Counted from the stretch's first letter, positions 12,076 through 26,330 are shown. The stretch is 64,000 bases of DNA from Eledone cirrhosa (GCA_964016885.1 OZ024742.1:129890001-129954000); one strand, 5' to 3'. Notes: generated from the sequence alone by a model not told the origin. A program made the numbers and translations.

Positions 12076-12099
12076 ATATATATATATATATATATATAA

Positions 12100-12270
12100 T
12101 GAAGGAAATGTAGTAAGGAACCAGATGGACCATAACGCACCTGAGTACTCAATATTTAGAGTAGTAGAGTGGGTAATAGGAAAAAGTATGCCCCTGACGG
12201 CTATTTCTAGACCAGAAATAGCCGTCAAAATGGCTTGAGCTCTGCCGTCGGGGTCATACTTTTTCCTATA
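12100..12270 (+). mobile_element. Short (TA)n-embedded hairpin element, probably Penelope pLTR-derived, copy 1
   Basis: Homologous to the minus strand of 44953-45137. 15-bp perfect arms at 12176-12190/12255-12269 and an inner hairpin at 12195-12227. Confidence 0.65.
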
Positions 12271-12289
12271 TATATATGTGTGTGTGTGT

Positions 12290-12732
12290 GAAGGTGCATG
12301 GACTTGCATGGACTTACAATCGAAAGGTTGTGAGTTCAATTCTCGGACCAGGTGATGTGTTTTTTCCTTGAGCAAGACACTTTATTTCACATTGCTCCAG
12401 TTTACTCAGCTGTAGAAATGAGATGATAGGACTGGGTCCATATCATTCCACTCCAAAGTGGTCGTGGAGGTGCGACGGCAAAAAAAAAAGCACCCAGCCC
12501 ACACTGTAAAGTGGATGTGTAGGCGCCACAGAAAAAAAGCACCCAGCACTCACTGTAAATGAGGTTGGTGTTAGGAAGAGCATCCAGCTGTAGAAATCAA
12601 ACCAGAATCAGTCCCCGTATGAGCAAGACAAGGTCAGCTGACCAGACACTGCCCACAACAGGACAACCCGTCTAACCCATGCTAGTGTGGAAGAACGGAC
12701 GTAAAATGATGATGATGATGATGATGATGATA
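12290..12732 (+). mobile_element. tRNA-CORE SINE with RTE-derived 3' tail and (GAT)n
   Basis: B-box gagttcaattc; CORE-like ccttgagcaagacacttt..ccagtttactcagctgtagaaatg; tail ggtgttaggaag.gcatccagctgtagaaa..aacccatgc..ggacgtaaaatgatgat. Other CORE-head pieces at about 13090-13210(-), 13930-14053(-), 14485-14730(+) and 21670-21970(+). Confidence 0.85.
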
Positions 12733-13330
12733 GATATATATATATGTGGGTGTGTGTGAGTATGTATATATGTATATATACATTTATATATATGTATATA
12801 CATATGTGTAAGTGTATAACATCTTCATCATCGTCATTTTAAATCTACTTTCCCATGCTTGCATGTATACACGCACGCACGCACGCACGCACGCAAACAT
12901 ATATGTATGTGTGTGTGTGATGAGTTTCCATGCAGCTTTCATTTAGCAAATTTCCCTCATATGATGTTGGTCAGCTTGTGGATATAGTTGGAAACATTTC
13001 CCTAAGGTGCCTGCTTGTGGAATGAATATGTAAGTGGTTGCACATTCAATAGACATGACATTGTATGTTACAGAGCTGTCCCTTTGTACAGGTACAACCT
13101 GAAATAAAGTGTCTTGCTCAAGGATGTAATGCATCACTCAGGTCAGGAATTAAACTCACAACCCTACAGCTATGAGCTGAACACCTTAACCACTAAGCCA
13201 CACACCTTCACGCCATTATGAAAGGTAGAGTGCTATTTCCAGCATGTAGGAGGGGCATTTGTGATAGAAGCACTTAAAAAAATGAGTGGATTCTTTTTTA
13301 TAAATTTATTCATTTTTATAAATCAATCGA

Positions 13331-13840
13331 TGGAAATTGATCTCCTGGAAACTGTTCAGAGACGTGCAACCAAACGAATACCCTCCATCAGGCATCTACC
13401 ATTCTCTGAATGCCTTGCTTTCCAAGGCATGGATACATTAAAGCTCTGATGTCTGGCAACTGACTTGGTAGACAGCCACAAGATTATTAACCTTCTTTCC
13501 AACAACAACCCAGAGCCCCTTTTTGAATTCCATGTATCTAATACATGTGGACATGCTTATAAAATCAGAAAACAATATAGTTGTTGAAGCATGGAACAAA
13601 CTACCTACATCAGTTGTTAACTGTCGGGACACTGCATCCTTCAAAATTTCCATGCTTCCCAAAAATCGCCAACACTACACCTGATATTCCCCCTCCATAC
13701 ACACACGCATGTATCTGTGTGTATATCATGACTCATACACTCTTCATTTTCCTCACATTTGTACATTATTCTATGTACTATTCATGCACCTTTCATGAGT
13801 TGTTGTGCACCTGAGCACTGTACACAATAATTTTCATTTT
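13331..13840 (+). mobile_element. CR1-clade LINE 3' fragment
   Basis: IDLLETVQRRATKRIP and GHAYKIRKQ; 3' end gcacctgagcactgtacacaataat. Short 3'-end copies at 5489-5530 and 14266-14380. Confidence 0.82.
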
Positions 13841-15379
13841 TATTCCAAACCTTATTTGCTTAACCAAGCAAACAATGTTACCATTGGTCTTTCCATTGCT
13901 GATACTAATTACAATTTGCAACTCCTGGTGGAAAGAGAAACATGAAATAAAGTGTCTTGCTCAAGGACATAACTCATCGCCTGGTCTGGGTATCGAACTT
14001 GCAACCTCACAATTGTGAATCCAATTCTCTAACCACTAAGCCATGTGCCTTCCCTAGCATGAACACAAACTAGAAATGGTTAATATGTAATAGCTATAGT
14101 CTATACAAGGGAGACGACTCAGTAGGGTGTTGGACTACCACCAAAACGTTTGATGGTCCATATTATGGTAAGGCCTCCTCGAGAAATCTTACAAGGTGGA
14201 ACAAGACTGCCTTTGCACCAACATACCCAGGAGAGGAGAAGCTCTTCTCAAAATTCAAGAGGGTGTATATCATGATTCATACACTCTTCACTTTCCTCAC
14301 ATTTGTACATTATTCTATGTACTATTCATGCACCTTTCATGAGCTGTTGTGCACCTGAGCACTGTACACAATAATTTTCAGGGGTGTCAGACATTCACAG
14401 TCTCTGGGTCTAGGATTAATGTTCAGGCTGAACCCCACAGTTTTAGGCCATGTACAGTGGTGGTTATTACATATTAGCTCTGGTGAAAGTGGTATGGCTT
14501 AGTAGTATGGGTATTGGACTTATGATCATAAGGTTGTGGGTTCAATTCCTGGATTGGATTGAGTGTTCTGTTCTTGAGCAAAACACTTCATTTGGCATTA
14601 TTCCAGTACAACCCTTCGATGGACTGGCATCCTGTCCAGGGGTCAGTCTTGTACTCTCAGTCACTTAATTGCATGGAAACCTGAATAAGTATCAGCCTGA
14701 TGACCCCCTGGGCTTGAGACAGACTTCAGACTTTTCTGGTGAAACTTACCACAGATATAAAAAGATTTGCCTAACAAGTTAGTGATTATTTTAAGGTGAA
14801 GTTGACTTCTGCTTGTGCAATTCTAAATTTAATTTTATGCTGTAAGTTTACATTTTATTTCATATATTACATATCCTTATATGGTAAATAATGGTTAAAC
14901 AGACTTAGACACTCATAAAATGTTAAAAATTGCCATTACATCACAAATGTTTCAAAGCCCCAGAGAATATCAAACAATCAAATATCCAAAATCTTGGCAC
15001 CTGCCTCAAAAATTTGTGTAGTTACAAAATCTGGTCTTGTTAGGCTTTTTAGTATAACTAATTAACAATTAATACTACACAACTTTTATAAATTTATAGC
15101 ATGTTTCCTTAAATCTGCAGTTAATTAATTACACTATTTTCTGTGGCCTAATTTCATGCCTCCGTACAAAACAAGATATTCAACAAAATACATTATCATG
15201 CTATAATGATGATGATGATAATGGTGATGGAGATGATGATGATAATGGTGATGGGGATTATGATGATGATTACGTTGATGATATTTCTGGTGGTGGTGTT
15301 GAGTTTCTTGCTATAAGGATGATGGTATCACATTATAGATACTGCTTATCCTCTAGCAGGATATCCATTAACATTTAAT

Positions 15380-15790
15380 AATGGTTTCTAATTTAGGCAG
15401 AAGGCTGACAACAAATTTTTTTTTTGGGGGGGGGGGATTAAATTGACCCCAGTGCATTACTGGTACTTTATTTTAGCGACCCATAATGATGAAAGGCAAA
15501 GATAACCTCAGCAGGATTTGAACTCAGAACATAAAGGTATGTAATGTAACTATATGCCACAAAGCATATAGTTACTCCACCGATACTGCCAATCCACAAC
15601 ACATCATAAAAATATGATAATTGTTTCTACTTTAGGCACAAGGCCAGCAATTACCCAGTGCATTACTGGTACTTTATTTTATCGACCCCGTAAGGATGAA
15701 AGGCAAAGTCAACCTCAGCAGGATTTGAACTCAGATCATAAAGGGACGTAACTATGCTGGAAAGCATGGCGTCCAACCCTGATAATGCCA
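15380..15790 (-). mobile_element. Two adjacent Meta-domain-type tRNA SINEs
   Basis: Reverse complement contains gagttcaaatcc..gcctttcatccttacggggtcgataaaataaagtaccag. Confidence 0.8.
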
Positions 15791-18700
15791 GTAATGAAAG
15801 TGTTGTTGTTGTTGTTGCTCTTGTTAGTGGTGATGGTGATGGTGATGGTGATGGTAGTGATGGTGGTGATGATGATGGTGTTGAGTTTCTTGCTAAGAGG
15901 GTTATGAGTAATAACTCAGAAGGTTTAACCCTTTTGACACCAAACTGCCTGAAACTATCCCTGGTTGTACAATACATAACTATTTGTTTTAAAATGTTTA
16001 TATTTATCTAAGACTCTTCCATCATAAATGTATGTAAGAAGCCTTGTTGAATCAAACACTGATTTCAGAATATACAACTAAATACTCCAAAACTTTTCAA
16101 CTTGTAGCGTTCAAGAAGTTTGGGGGAGTTGTGCCACTGACAACTTGTCTTACCAACGTTTCTCATCAGGTGATTGTCCTAAGGGTACTTAGTTATTCCA
16201 ATGCCTTAGTCCCGCTATCACCTCCAGCAAAGTGCCTCAAATATTATTTCCAGTCACGGCCTGCATGTCTTTTCCTGTGTTCAGGGAACACAGAATCCCA
16301 TTATCCAAATCTGTTTTTTCTAAGGTGGGACGGGATTTTAGGGAGATTTGACCATTATTTCTAACAGGTAGAATGGCTTTATAGATGCTCACCAGTCAAA
16401 ACTCCAGCACCCCCTGTTGAGGCATGTAATAGAGTGCCTTTTTTATGTTTGTTGTCTTCTGTCTTTTTTTCTCTCTTTTCTCCAATTTTTTTCTTACTGA
16501 AAATTCTTAATCTTTTGATAACTTGTATAAATTTCCTACTGTTTTCACTACTATGCTGATATTTATCATGAAATATGTAACATTCATACCTCTATTATTG
16601 GACCTCTGTTGGTTTCAATGATAAATGCTCCAAATGTTTGGACAATTAACATGTATTCCATTGACACAATTTGTTTATAGCATAGAATGACTTAGCTAAC
16701 CTATTGATCCAAGTTTTAACTATGTGGTTTAGAAGTTTGTTTCAAAATTTATATGGCTCTGGGTTTGATCCCAGAAGATACTACTTTGGATATGGTCATC
16801 TATAATAGCCTCAGATGAACCCATGATTGGTAAGTGGAGTTTCTCTATCCTTTTCTGCTGACTATAACTTGCATTTGTATTAAACATGAACACATGTCTT
16901 TTAAAACTAATAATTGTTTCTTGCATAGGTACAGGGTCAATCATTTTGGGAAGTCAATTAAACTGACCCTAGTACTTCAGTGATACTTTATTTTATCACC
17001 CCTGGAAGTACAAAAGGCAAAGCTGACCTCGGTGTCATTTGAACTGAGAATGTAGAGGGCTGTACTGATTTACTGCATAGCATTTAATCTGATATGCTAA
17101 TGTTTTTACCAATCCACTGCTCTTTTCAAAGCTAATACTAACTGGGGTTGCTATTCCTCAGAGGAGTAGTGAGAACAGTGGGGTTATATCTTTATCCATA
17201 TAAACAAACTTTAAAATACAAAAAGGAAATGAGAAAGAAAGAAGTTAATAGAGAGAAGGGTGAGAGGGAGAGATAAGATGGCAGGCAGAGACAAAGAAGA
17301 AATAGAAAGAAAAAGAGTAGTTTTGCATTAACCATTTCAGAACTCTTGACTGTCTGCAAGAGAACAGGTGCGACAGCTAAAATGGTAACCAGTCATTAAG
17401 TTCAAGTAGTAGTAGTAGTAGTAGTAGTAGGAGGAGGGGGAGGATGTATTACTAATTAAAGAGATGAGTTAAACAGTACAAACTAATCAATACAGTTATT
17501 AGTACAGCACTACAAAAGCAATTGCTGATTGATTATTTCTACTTCAGCTTCTCAAATTAGATTTAAATGTTGACCAGCCTAAAGGTCCTTAACAAAAATA
17601 AATAAATTAATTAATTAAAAAAACCACAAAAATAAATAAACAAAAATAAAACCCTAGCTTATATATCTGCCAAAATACAAAAGGCTTTTCAGTGCATTCT
17701 CTTAGCTGTGGGCTGGGCTTTCAAGATGAGAAGGGGTTGATAGGGGAGATAACTAAGACAAGCAATAAATGTCCTTTGTTCATAAACTTTTTTTTTTCTT
17801 TAAAATTTTGTTGGCTTGGGAGTTTTCTGTGCCAGTTCCAACTCCTTCACTCTAGTGCCATCTCTCATAGCGTACCATTCCAGTTCCTTAACACTTCAAC
17901 ATTGTTATTCTGGAGTGGAAATCATTGGACAACTGACGACGTATAATCTTTCATGTTCTTTTGTTGGACATATTCCAAAGGAGGAAAACAATTCTTTGGC
18001 AACTGAGTGATCTAAATTCTATTAGTTTTTCATACTATTATATTTTCATACAACCACTCTATTCAGATTAAGGCCATTGTGATACCAAGAAAATGTAATT
18101 TTATTTGTTTATTTGTTTTATTGTTTTGGGAGTTTCTTTTTTTCTGTATTTTTTTCTTCATCATTACCATGATGATGATAATCATCATCATTGTCGTTTT
18201 AAATCTGCTTTCTATACTAACATGGGTCAGACAGCTTGTCATATTTCAAGACAAGACAGATTAGATACCATGTCTTGCTCATAGGTTTTATATTTTGTCA
18301 TGGTTTCTGCAGATGGATGTCCTTCCAAATGCCAATCACTTTACAGAATGTACTGGGTGCATTTTATCATGGTACCAGTACTACTACTTTAAAGGTGTAC
18401 CGAGTGCATTTTATTATGTTACAGGTACTACCACATTACAGTGTGTCTAGGGTGCATTTTATTGTGGCTCTCTGATTCATCTAGAAATCAGAGAGACCTC
18501 AACTTGCTCATTTATTCCATATTTGGCATGGTTGTAGAAAGAAACTGCCTTCAACAATGGTTAACAACTTCTCTTTTTACACCATAAACATTCTACTATC
18601 CCTGACACTGAGATTTCTCTTATAATCAGATCTTTTCAATGTGATTATAATTTTTCAAACTATTAATCTCATCTTTATAGATGAACATTTAAAAAGAATA

Positions 18701-19144
18701 TTTACATCTGCAATATGCTTTGATTAGTAAGGTTGCACACAGGAAAATAGTCATGTAGGATGGGCAAACAAAAGCATATATCTTCCTCATCAGCCACTGC
18801 CTAGAAATGCAATTTCATGAAAAAGGATTGGATTGCATGATTATTGTATCGATGCTACACAACAGTTTTAAAGAACGAGCCACTGGAAAGATGTCTAAGA
18901 GACAATATAACCATAAAAACAAATGGAAAAAAAAAGAATGTTTTTTTACCAGTACAGTAAAGCAGGTACATAAGCAGAGATACAAAAATTTTATAATTTA
19001 GACAAGACAAGAGACAGTACAATGTAAGTGGTGCAAGACGTACTTTGCTTAGTTTGACTTCTGATACATGTCTAATTTCTAAATGTGTACATATCATCAG
19101 ACTGAATTAGAACTAGTGGATATTAGTATTATTACTCATAACTA

Positions 19145-19335
19145 GGGCGGTGGATTGGCACTATCGGTAGAGGGTCGGACGCCATGCTTTCCAGCATAGT
19201 TACGTCCCTTTACGATCTGAGTTCAAATCCCGCCGAGGTTGACTTTGCCTTTCATCCTTACGGGGTCGATAAAATAAAGTACCAGTAATGCACTGGGTAA
19301 TTGCTGGCCTTGTGCCTAAAGTAGAAACAATTATT
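19145..19335 (+). mobile_element. Full-length Meta-domain-type tRNA SINE
   Basis: A box tggcactatcgg, B box gagttcaaatcc, GCCTTTCATCCTTACGGGGTCGATAAAATAAAGTACCAG core, tail tgtgcctaaagtagaaacaattatt. More copies at about 16915-17120(-), 20245-20385(-), 21505-21615(-), 23905-24130(+), 55585-55990(-) and 59560-59710(+). Confidence 0.85.
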
Positions 19336-19524
19336 TCTCATAACTTGAAATAAAAATTCTTGTCTTAAATTTAATAAGGATTGAAGATTAAATTAATCAA
19401 AATGTAATGTAAATGTAAATATTTAATTTATTCATTAATATTTCTAATGAAAAACATTGCCAATGATTTCCAAATCATTTAACAAATAATCAAGAGAGAT
19501 GTGGTTATTTAACTAAATTTCTCA

Positions 19525-19789
19525 TTAGCTCTTAATATCATGTAACGATTTAGCAGAAAATATCTATATGTGAGTTTGTCAATTCAAATGTTTATAGTAT
19601 CTTTACAAGTTGACAGATCATTGTGAAAATTGGCAGCATTAAAGAAAATACTTCGATTTTCAAGTGATGCAGTCATGGTGTTGATTTGTACATTTCTAGA
19701 TAGTCATGCTAATGTAGTTTCATGTTTTATACTTTTTCATGAATGTCTACCTAATGCGACTTCATGTGGTACAGGACGTTAAGAGTTAA
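19525..19789. mobile_element. MITE with ~20-bp TIRs (CTCTTAACGTCCTGTA-like); relatives at 46753-46962 and 60221-60591
   Basis: Shared internal core gttgacagat..ttgtgaaaatt.gcag and terminal tacaggac.ttaagagtta. The 60-kb copy has an internal duplication. Confidence 0.7.
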
Positions 19790-20999
19790 GCTGGAGTGTG
19801 AAATATAACTTAACAATAAAGTTCTTACATAATTAAAATTATGACGGAAGGATTTTTGATAAATAGAAACACTTCAAAATATGCAGTTTTGTATTATAGA
19901 ATCAGAAGTGGTTTCAGGTGGTTTGGCACCAAAGGGTTAACAGATTTTCATCTCTACAGATAAATATAACAGTCCAAAAATTATTGACTTAATAACAAAA
20001 ACCCATCTCACTCATTTAAACATTTTCAATGTTCTTACCAAAAATTCACACTGTTCTATTTCTCTGGTTTAAGATTTTCCATAATTACATAGGATGATAT
20101 AAAATATATATAAATGTAAAGTGCCCATAACCCCTGATGGAGTTATAGGATCACTACCCTGACATATTTGGACATTTTAAAATTGATGGAGTTCATCCCT
20201 CTCCAGGTCAGAACACATTTGATATCTTTGAGAGAGAGGAAGAAATAACCCCAGTATTGAACTGGTACTATGTTCATCAACCTTAATATGATGAAAGGCA
20301 AAGATACCTTGAAGGGATTTGAGCTTGAACAAAAGCTGAGATACTTTAAATCTGACACTCTAATGACTTGGTGAATTCACTGTCTTATACCATCCATACT
20401 TATAGATAAGTCACAGTCTTTTTTACTCAAATAAAAACTGTGAGAAAATACTTGCAACTTTTCTACCAAACCTTGCTCTGGGCTTGAAATTAGCAGCACA
20501 CAGTAAAACAAATACAGAGACAAATGAATAAGCAGGTGGATCATGTCACTATTCAATCTTTATGTATACTGGCATTATAAAGAGACACAAGTTGATGACA
20601 TCACACATGGGAACACAACCACTTATGGAGAATTCAATTTTGCTACAAAACAAATATGTATATATCACTTATATCTGTCCAAACTTTCCACCTGCATATA
20701 TACATATTTATGTAGAGAATTGTCAGCAAGTGTTGAAAAAAACTTAATTATATTTTTGATAGAAAAGACTAAAACTAAACCATGAACTGTAAAGACAAAA
20801 TATCAAGTTATAAGGCTGCTTCTAAGTTACATGTTATTGAATATGCTGAAGATGCATGAAAATCATAGTACTGAGAGTTTAATGTGTCAGAAAAATTGGT
20901 GAAAGACTGATAGAAATATGAAAAAGAAACACACAAGTAAATGTCAAAAATGAAAACTGTCTCCCCATATGAGAAATTGGAGAAAGATGGAAATGTGAA

Positions 21000-21140
21000 T
21001 TACTGTGCAAATGGACTTGTCACTCACATGCCTATTAGAACAAAAGCAGATAGATAGCTTATAGCTATCCATGGGTAGTTGTAAGCTATCTATCAACTTT
21101 GGTTCTAAGTGTCATGCAACTGACAAGTCTATTACAGCAA
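21000..21140. repeat. ~140-bp imperfect fold-back palindrome (MITE-like)
   Basis: gatagatagcttatagctatcc-at-gggtagttgtaagctatctatc core with outer arms aatggacttgtca/tgacaagtctatt. Confidence 0.8.
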
Positions 21141-22546
21141 TCCAAGGACACAAGTAAATATAATATTACTCAAAAGTTCCATGATTTACCTAAATAGTAT
21201 ATAAGATTCATGATTAGAAATAAGCTAGTATTACATCAGTGAACTGGCTGTGATAATTAATTAATGAAATTGTTATATGGATGATGATGATGATGATGAT
21301 GACAATGATGATGTTGATGGTATGGTATGGTCCCGCAACTCCTGATGGAGTCATATGGGCACCGTATTGACATTTGGTGTTTTGGGGCATTTTAAGCCTG
21401 GCGGAACCATCCCTCTTCAGACCTGAGTACAGCAGAGAAGGATAGAAAATGAAAGAGAGAAAGTTAGAAAAGGATACAGAGGAAGAATTGACTGTAGTAA
21501 TAGACTTTTTTTATCAACTTCGAAAGGCAAAGGTGACCTCAGCGGGATTTGAACTCAGAGAGCTGAAACGAATACAACAAACTATTCTATCCAACGTTCT
21601 AACAACTCTGCCATGATGAACATATCATAAATGTATTTTTAATAAGGTTCTTTAAAAACAATTTGTAAATAGATGTAGAAGGTTGCTTCACAATCATTAG
21701 TTTCTGGGTTGGGTCTCATGGTGCGACATCTTAGGCAAATGTCATTTACCATAGCTTTGAATTGGCCCATGTCTCATGAGTGAAATTTGGTTAAATGGAA
21801 ACTTTTTTGAGGCCTGTTGGATGAACTGTAGACATAAAAGAGAGAGCCTTGATCCACTCTGTGTCATGCTGAATCTTCCTGGGAATTGTATTACTACACT
21901 TGGTTGTGGAATGCTCAGCCACTTGCATGTTAATTTCATGAACAGGTTGTCCAATTGATTGAACAATTGGAGCACCACCACCACCACCACCATCAGCAAC
22001 ACCACTACTACCAACAACATCACCACCACTGCTGCCTCCTAGTAGTAGAGTGAATAAGCTTGAAACAATTTCAGCATTAAAACAAACTAGAAAACAGCTA
22101 CTGTCATAATAAAGACTGCTATTTGTTCAAACTGGCCATATGCCCACCAGCCACACACAACACATACCCCCCCCACCCCCCACACACACACATCAATAGT
22201 CTTGTTCATTTATTGTTGCTGTTGTTGTAACTGATAACCATTTTCATACAAAATTTTACAATTTGTTTGTTTTTTTTTGTTTTATGTTTTTTTTAATAAA
22301 TAGTTTGGTTTTGAAGGTTTCATCATTTTCCTATGACTACATCGACATGTCTAACACCATTAGTTTTATGATAGCTAATGGGTTAAAACAGACTTGTTGC
22401 TTTCTTTTATAATCTTCCTCATTTTTACATCTTAAAATGCTCACCATTTTTCTATCAATCACTTTCTATAAATCTATCTATATATATCTCTCTCTCCACA
22501 TATATATATAAATATATATATATATGATGATGATGATGATGATGAT

Positions 22547-22588
22547 GAGAGATATATATATATACTTACATATACAAATATTTATATA

Positions 22589-22627
<39 letters not shown>

Positions 22628-23178
22628 TTACATATACAAATATTTATATACTTATATATACATATATTTATTTATATACTTACATATATTTATATACCTA
22701 TATATACATATATATGTATATATATATACATATATATATACACATATATATGTATATATATATACATATATATGTATATATATATACATATATATATACA
22801 CATATATATGTATATATATATACATATATATATACACATATATATATACCTATATATACATATATATACATATATATATATACATATATATATACACATA
22901 TATATATACCTATATATACATATATATGTATATATATATACATATATATGTATATATATATACATATATATATACACATATATATATACCTATATGTATA
23001 TATATATACATATATATATACACATATATATATACCTATATATACATATATATGTATATATATATACATATATATATACATATATATGTATATATATATA
23101 CATATATATATACACATATATGTATATATATATACATATATTTATATACATACATATAAATATATATATATATATATA
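22547..23178. repeat. (TA)n array with C and G interruptions
   Basis: Direct reading. Confidence 0.95.
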
Positions 23179-23636
23179 CCTATCAATCCCTCTACCTACC
23201 AGTCTGTCTATCTATCTATCCATCTCCACTCTTTCTTTCTCTCTTATATAGTGCACTTCTTTCTTCCTCTCTGTCTATCTATCTTCCTCTCTATCTATCC
23301 TTCTATGTATGTCTATCATCTTTCCATCCATATCCTACCCTCTGCCCAACCCCTCTCTCTTCCATTAACTTACATACAGTGCAGCTCATGTTTTAGATGG
23401 AATGTATTCCTTTATTTAGACATTTAGACTTTTTGAAATGAAATTTTCTTACTTTTAAAATGTAAATCATTGCTTTTATTTTGAAAAGTTCTTTTTTTTT
23501 TTTTTTTGCCTTTTTTATAAATAAATAGCAATTCTCTTTCTTGAAAGGAAATATTTTCGCCTGAGTCTTTTTCATTTTCATAAAGTTTTATATATTTTAT
23601 ATATTTTCAAATACATTTTTACATTTTAAAAAATAC

Positions 23637-23671
<35 letters not shown>

Positions 23672-24129
23672 TTATTATTACTATTATTGTTATTGTTATT
23701 ATTATTATTGCTATTATTATTATTAATACTGAATATGGTGATGGCAGAATCAGTCGAGCATCCACCGAGACTTTTTGCAATTTGATAAAGGCTTTTAAAT
23801 TTCCAAATACATTTAAATAGTTTTTTTAAATATTTACTTATCATTAAAATATTGCTGATAATAATTATTATTATTAGTAGTAGTAATGGTAGTAGTAGTA
23901 GTAAGGGCAGCGGATTGGCAGTATTGGTAGAGTGTCGGACACCATGCTTCGCAGCATAGTTACATCCCTTTACGTTCTGAGTTAAAATCCCACTGAGCTT
24001 AGCTTTGCCTTTCATCCTTATGAGGTCAATAAAATAAAGCACCAGTAATGTACTGAAGTTGATTTAATCGATTTTTTTTCCCCACTCCCTCAAAATTGCT
24101 GGCTTTGTGCCTATAGCAGAAATCATTAT

Positions 24130-26330
24130 TATTATCTCTTGAATACTGGTAGATCTCCAATTAAATTTAAACTTTGGAAGCAGGTCATAAATGAACAGAG
24201 GTTCAAAATCTTCCTTCAAATTTAAGTCTCTAAGACTTTTCTCAGAATTCTTGCTATTCCTAACTTTTGTAGTGCGTATGTTTTTAATTCTGTGCTTCCC
24301 AAGCCAATCCCCTAATTTCCTTGACACCATTCCAAGTGCTCCAACTACCACAGACATTATTTCTCCCTTTTTCATTTGTCATAATGTGGTAACTTCCAGT
24401 TTAAGATCCCAATACTTGTTTATCTTCTCTCCCTCTTTTTCATCTTCTCTGTTGTCTCCAGGAACTGCAATATCTATTATGATACAATATTTGGTTTTCT
24501 TGTTGACAAATATTATGTCTGGCTTCCTTGCTTCAATCATATTGTTCCATTGTATCATAAAATCTTACAATATTTTAACCTTACTCAATGACACTCCTTG
24601 GGTATTTTCATACCATTTATTCACTCTTCCAAGGCAAAACTTCTCACAAATGTTCCAGTGAACGATGGATGTTATGTTGTCATGGTTTATCTTGTATTCT
24701 CTTTGAGCAAGTTTGGAGCATTCGTTTACTATGTGGTTTATAGTCTCTCCTTTAGCTTTACACATCCTACACAAATGGGAATCACTAGTGTACTTGACAT
24801 AATTTGTCCAGAAGGATTGCTCCTGTGCAGCTCCGATTAAAGATTCCTTTCCAACCTTTAATTCATTTTTTCTCATCCACTCCTATGTGCTAATCTTATC
24901 AACATGATCACCCATTTCTTGGATAAATTGACCATGGATTCTCTTCTCCATCCATTTATCAATCTTCTCTTCATTTGTCTTCTTCTTGTACTCCTTTTTC
25001 ATGCAATTTTCATACTTTATTACCTCAGATCATTTCACATTAATCAAAAGTGGTTTGACAGTATTTTTAACACACCAGCCTAAACTATTTTCTTCACTTT
25101 GTATATAATCTTCACACCCAATCAAACCACATCCTCCCATACTCCTTGATAAATATCTTTCAATATCACTTCTCGGGTCTAATGAACCACACAGTCAAAA
25201 CCCACTTTGTTTTTCGGTCTAGTCCCTGTATTTCTTCTTGTGTCCAGCTGAACACTCCCCTTATCGTGGTACAGGCAAAGCCTATGTGTTCACAACCAGA
25301 ATTTTATTTCTTTCATTCAATGCTGACTTTAATACTAGTTTCAATCACCTCAAATATTCCATCTCAAACCTCTTCATCTCTTCCTAGATTTTATCAGTTT
25401 CCAGTATTCCTAGATATCTATATCCTACATTCTCAACATCTTTCATAACCTGACCACCCACCAACATAATCCCATCAGTTACTATTATCTCCCCTTTATT
25501 CATTATCAATATTCCACACTTGTTGATTCAAAATTCTATTCCTATATCATTACTGAACATGTGTACTATGTTGGTTGATGAGTTCATTTGCTCTTATTTT
25601 TTTTTTCCAAACAGCATAAGATTGTCTATAAAGAGTAGATGGTTGACATTTACACTTATTCAATACATTTCATAAAGCAAAGCTGTCTTTCTCAGCAGGA
25701 GACACAATAGAACCATATATAACACAAAGAGCAATGGTAAAAGATAGTCACCTTGGAATATACATCTTTTGATATTCACCTCTCCAAGAGCCTCACCAAA
25801 TACTTTCAGCCACAACATCTGCTATCAATTTCCACATTAAGTTTTTCAAAGCATTTCCCCTCGCTGGGTTTTTCAAACACAAAACACTTCTAATCATCCA
25901 ACTGGGAACTGCCTGTTCAACATCAAGTATATAATTCATTTCAATTGCAGTTCTACTGTGCTGAGCAGTTTGCTTTTTCTACCAGAAACCGTGAACTCCT
26001 TCAGGCCCTGGGACTTTCCAGTTTGACATTTTCCTGTTACGTGATGCTACCATTTCTCATGCAATCTTGATGTCGTTTTTTATTCTTTGTTTCTCTGAAT
26101 CTCTTCAGCCAGTCTTCTTCACCATTATATTCTTTCTCCAGTCCCCATATACTATTCCAAAATGTTTTGCTATCATCTGCATTTGGGATGAATTCACCAT
26201 ATCTTATCTCATCATTTAATTCCTGATACATCTTATTCTGGCCAACATTAAATGTTCTATTTTAATCTGTATTACTTTATGTGTAATTCATATCTTCTGA
26301 TTTTGGCAGACTTTGCAAATAAAGAGCTGT
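24130..26330 (-). mobile_element. Degenerate R4/Dong-like RLE LINE
   Basis: Minus-strand fragments KSPGPEGVHGFW, NHLLFID, AAQEQ, CRMC..ETINHIVNEC, KPDIIFV..IDIAVPGD, VVVGALG. Many stops. Confidence 0.82.

Noticed and set aside
14095-14270. ~58-codon open stretch on + (YSLYKGDDSVGCW...)
   Set aside because: No start codon, splice signals or recognisable motif; interrupted by a CR1 3' end.
16430-16500. Lys/Glu-rich minus-strand stretch as an alternative IQCG terminal exon
   Set aside because: The candidate acceptor is followed by TAA in phase 0, and there is no IQ motif.
17800-18010. Coding-looking minus-strand stretch (KELEWYAMRDGTRVKELELAQK)
   Set aside because: Two in-frame stops upstream and no recognisable family; a translated search is needed.
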